IMG/VR virus record: IMGVR_UViG_3300042924_005659
DNA from: a virus
DNA length: 64,000 nucleotides
Strand: one strand, 5' to 3'
Positions 61,491-64,000 of this stretch are shown piece by piece. Positions within the stretch are counted from its first letter, which is position 1. Every line of letters begins with the position of its first letter. The position numbers were made by a program, and so were the translations under genes. The notes below the pieces were generated by a model. It saw nothing but the letters and a program-made list of their open reading frames with translations. It made no database searches and was not told the DNA's origin.

Positions 61491-62956
61491 CCCAGATGAG
61501 ACCTCACGGTTTCGTTGAAGGCCAGCGGATCACGACGACGCTTCCCGGTGGAGGGTGCGTCCTCTTCTTCCGACTGAGCTCCAGACTTCTGGTTGTACAG
61601 CTTCATGGTCTCGGTGTTCACTTCCGACTTGTCCACCAGCTTCCAACGGGACAAAGCGCCGTCCATCTGGATTAGAGAATCCATGAAGGGGGCACCATTG
61701 CGAACCTTTGGAGCATTGACCCAGGCCATGTTGCTTTCCTTGTCGCGATTGCCTACGCAGATCACCGTATCCATGTAGTGGTGCAGAGTGCGGCACATGT
61801 AGGCATCGGTGGCTTCGGGCTTTCGCTGGGGGCCACTGGCCGAAGCCGTGGTGCCCAGCTGATGGTACACAAATATGTTCACTTTCAGATTGCTGCCGAC
61901 CTTGCGCAAGTCGTCGGCCATCTGATTCATGATCTTGGTCTGCTCTGAGGTGTTTATTCCCCGTACAGCCATATAGTTGTTTGCCATCGGCCCGAGCCAG
62001 TCGATGCCTACATACCGTGGTTCCTTTCCGGAATCTCGTGCCTGCTTGACGATCAGCTCGACCTCGTTAGCGCCACCGCCGCCGCCACCGTTGTTCTGTG
62101 CGGCTTCGAGCATGTCAACGATCATCAGCCTTCCAGCAAGCCTCTCCCGCACCTTGTCATACTTGGCCTTCAGTCCTTTGTTGGCCTCGAATCCCTCTTT
62201 GCTAAGTCCCACAAATGAGGAGATCGGTATTCCCATGGCAAATGCGTAGATACGGTTGGTGATGCCTTCCGCATTTTGCTCGTAGGTGAGGATCAATGAG
62301 TCCTCTCCGTTCAAGGCCGCAGTCGTGGCCAGCTGAATGTTGGTCAGGGTCTTGCCGCCACCGGATGGAGCCAGGAACAAAGTCGTCTCTCCGGTGGTTG
62401 CACCTCCGCTAGTCACAATATCGACCCAGTCTACACCCCAAGGTCTCCGTACTGCATTGGAGAGCATGGGAGTTGCGCTCATGAATGGATCTATGAACTT
62501 GGCCCGGCTGATGGAAGTGCTGGCAATAGTCCTGGTCAGTTCCTGCACCTTGTCCACGATGTCCTCGGCACGATCAATGCCAAAAGCAGCGGGACGGACC
62601 TTGCGGTCAATCAGAAACTTATGCAGGAATTCCAGCACATAGGCTTTGTGCTCGTCGAATTCCGCCACTGAGTTGTAGGCCCAGTGCAGGATATCTCCAA
62701 AATGCAATGCCTCGGCATCGTTCAGCACCCTGTTCGGAACCAGCTCGTCCATGAACGCGCTGACTGCGACTTCGTAAGGAACGGGGGTCTTGCTGGTGGC
62801 GTGCCATCTGCTGCCAATGATGAAGGCTACGCGCAACGGAGTCTCGTTGTCGCGAAAGTCCTCCAACTTCAGGCGCTGGACGATCATTCCCATTACTTCG
62901 CTTGACCTGAGCATGCCCAGGACAAGCCACTTGTTGTTAGCGTGACTCAGGTCCAT
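61487..62956 (-). CDS. dnaB: DnaB-like (SF4) replicative helicase
   Basis: GETTLFLAPSGGGKT, TYEQ, GIDWLG, YHQL, K.RNG. Confidence 0.88.
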   Translation of the reverse strand: MDLSHANNKWLVLGMLRSSEVMGMIVQRLKLEDFRDNETPLRVAFIIGSRWHATSKTPVPYEVAVSAFMDELVPNRVLNDAEALHFGDILHWAYNSVAEFDEHKAYVLEFLHKFLIDRKVRPAAFGIDRAEDIVDKVQELTRTIASTSISRAKFIDPFMSATPMLSNAVRRPWGVDWVDIVTSGGATTGETTLFLAPSGGGKTLTNIQLATTAALNGEDSLILTYEQNAEGITNRIYAFAMGIPISSFVGLSKEGFEANKGLKAKYDKVRERLAGRLMIVDMLEAAQNNGGGGGGANEVELIVKQARDSGKEPRYVGIDWLGPMANNYMAVRGINTSEQTKIMNQMADDLRKVGSNLKVNIFVYHQLGTTASASGPQRKPEATDAYMCRTLHHYMDTVICVGNRDKESNMAWVNAPKVRNGAPFMDSLIQMDGALSRWKLVDKSEVNTETMKLYNQKSGAQSEEEDAPSTGKRRRDPLAFNETVRSHLG

Positions 62957-63516
62957 GGAATGAACAGCTCCTCGGGAACGATCTCCTTGAACTTTTCAGC
63001 ATATACTGGCATGCAGTGCACTTGGTGCTTTGCCTTGAGCAGTATATCTTGAGGAAGCTCATGATGGCGCTCCACCTTTCTTGCAATCACGTACATGAAG
63101 AACGGATCAAATGTATTCAAGGGATCTACTAGACACTCTACGAGATCAGCAGTCTCGCATAGTCTTTCTAGTCTCTTGACCATCAACTCGTACTTCAACT
63201 TCAATTTTGAATACTCTGGATCTGGCTTTCCGGCATTCAGGTATTCACGCTGAAAGCCGACAGATGCAAACTTTGACGGCATCGGATAGCCGGGAAATTC
63301 TTTCTGAAAGCACCAATCTACGTAAGCTCTTGGATCGACATCGTTTATAAGTGCCCATCGGGCTATGTCCATCCATCGGCTGTTGTATGTTTTGTTGGTG
63401 CTGTGGACTGCCACTTGGTAGTCCTTTTCAGATCCAGTAATTGATTTTTTAGTGAGGCCGTAGTAATGCTTTAGCTTTTTAGCTATTGCTTCAAATTCAC
63501 TGGGAGTATATCCCAT
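62947..63516 (-). CDS. Hypothetical protein (possible helicase loader by position)
   Basis: 189-aa ORF between the SF2 and SF4 helicases. Confidence 0.65.
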   Translation of the reverse strand: MGYTPSEFEAIAKKLKHYYGLTKKSITGSEKDYQVAVHSTNKTYNSRWMDIARWALINDVDPRAYVDWCFQKEFPGYPMPSKFASVGFQREYLNAGKPDPEYSKLKLKYELMVKRLERLCETADLVECLVDPLNTFDPFFMYVIARKVERHHELPQDILLKAKHQVHCMPVYAEKFKEIVPEELFIPWT

Positions 63517-64000
63517 TGCTTGGCCTCGTAGCTTTCAAACCGAGTCTTGGACCGTCTAGCCGTCCAAACATCGTAGTTGTCTGCAAAGTCAACCAGAATG
63601 CCCTTGCTCTTGCCTGTCGCTATTCGGCAGACTCTTCCAGGCATCTGAATGTCCTTGATGGCGCTTGCTCCTCCATCGGCACGAATGATGACCGACAGAC
63701 TGGGGAAGTCCACTCCAGTGCTCCATATACCTGTAGCAATCGCTCTCTTCAAGGTTCCTGCAGAGAACTTACTGCGAATCTCATCTGCCTGCTTTCTGGT
63801 GATTGGATCGCCATCAAGTAACTTAGCCTTCTTGAATGCCTGTGCCGTAGCGTCATCCATCTCGCCATAGACACAAGTAAAATCCGGCAGGTACTTCTTC
63901 AGTTCCAGGGCATGTTCGATCTTGTCTACCAGAATTAGAATCTGGGGATCCTGCTCGGACACCCGTGCAGGGATCTCCTCATAGACCACTCTGGCTATCG
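63483..64000 (-). CDS. Superfamily 2 helicase, C-terminal domain (cut by the window edge)
   Basis: ATGIWSTGVDFP and IQMPGRVCR (motifs V and VI), LVDFAD. Confidence 0.9.
   Translation of the reverse strand, partial: IARVVYEEIPARVSEQDPQILILVDKIEHALELKKYLPDFTCVYGEMDDATAQAFKKAKLLDGDPITRKQADEIRSKFSAGTLKRAIATGIWSTGVDFPSLSVIIRADGGASAIKDIQMPGRVCRIATGKSKGILVDFADNYDVWTARRSKTRFESYEAKQWDILPVNLKQ

Overview
This is a 64 kb segment of a large tailed dsDNA bacteriophage genome in the standard genetic code, almost all on the - strand. The host is probably a Planctomycetota bacterium (Phycisphaerales-like), inferred from Phycisphaerales-style dockerin and cohesin domains. Layout: (1) 1-3.1 kb is a tRNA cluster (Leu partial, Lys, Arg, Gly, and an Ile tRNA with two anticodon arms) interleaved with small genes. 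(2) 3.2-18.5 kb is a cluster of Gly/Ala-rich membrane-like proteins with shared leader peptides and recurring K-x-A/S motifs; it surrounds a 1640-aa fused beta/beta'-N RNA polymerase. (3) 18.5-21.6 kb is a + strand island with a protease-dockerin, a holin-like protein, a secreted double-cohesin protein and an SNase nuclease. (4) 21.7-29.5 kb is an accessory/early region with an i-type lysozyme, a tRNA(CAU), an ORF-free and highly base-paired ~715 nt RNA candidate, repeated promoter-hairpin cassettes and a repeated pseudoknot. (5) 29.5-37 kb has a portal-like protein, an ankyrin protein and a MoxR/vWA pair. (6) 37-64 kb holds recombination, nucleotide metabolism and replication genes (RuvC, GroES, class II RNR, ThiF-like, ThyX, DUF5664, RecA-like, UDG-PolA, ClpS, primase, DnaB, SF2 helicase). 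The best candidates for undescribed systems are the phage cohesin-dockerin protease module, the large structured RNA next to a tRNA, and the K-x-A-punctuated protein cluster with its RNAP. All protein calls come from motifs recognised by eye; no database searches were run.
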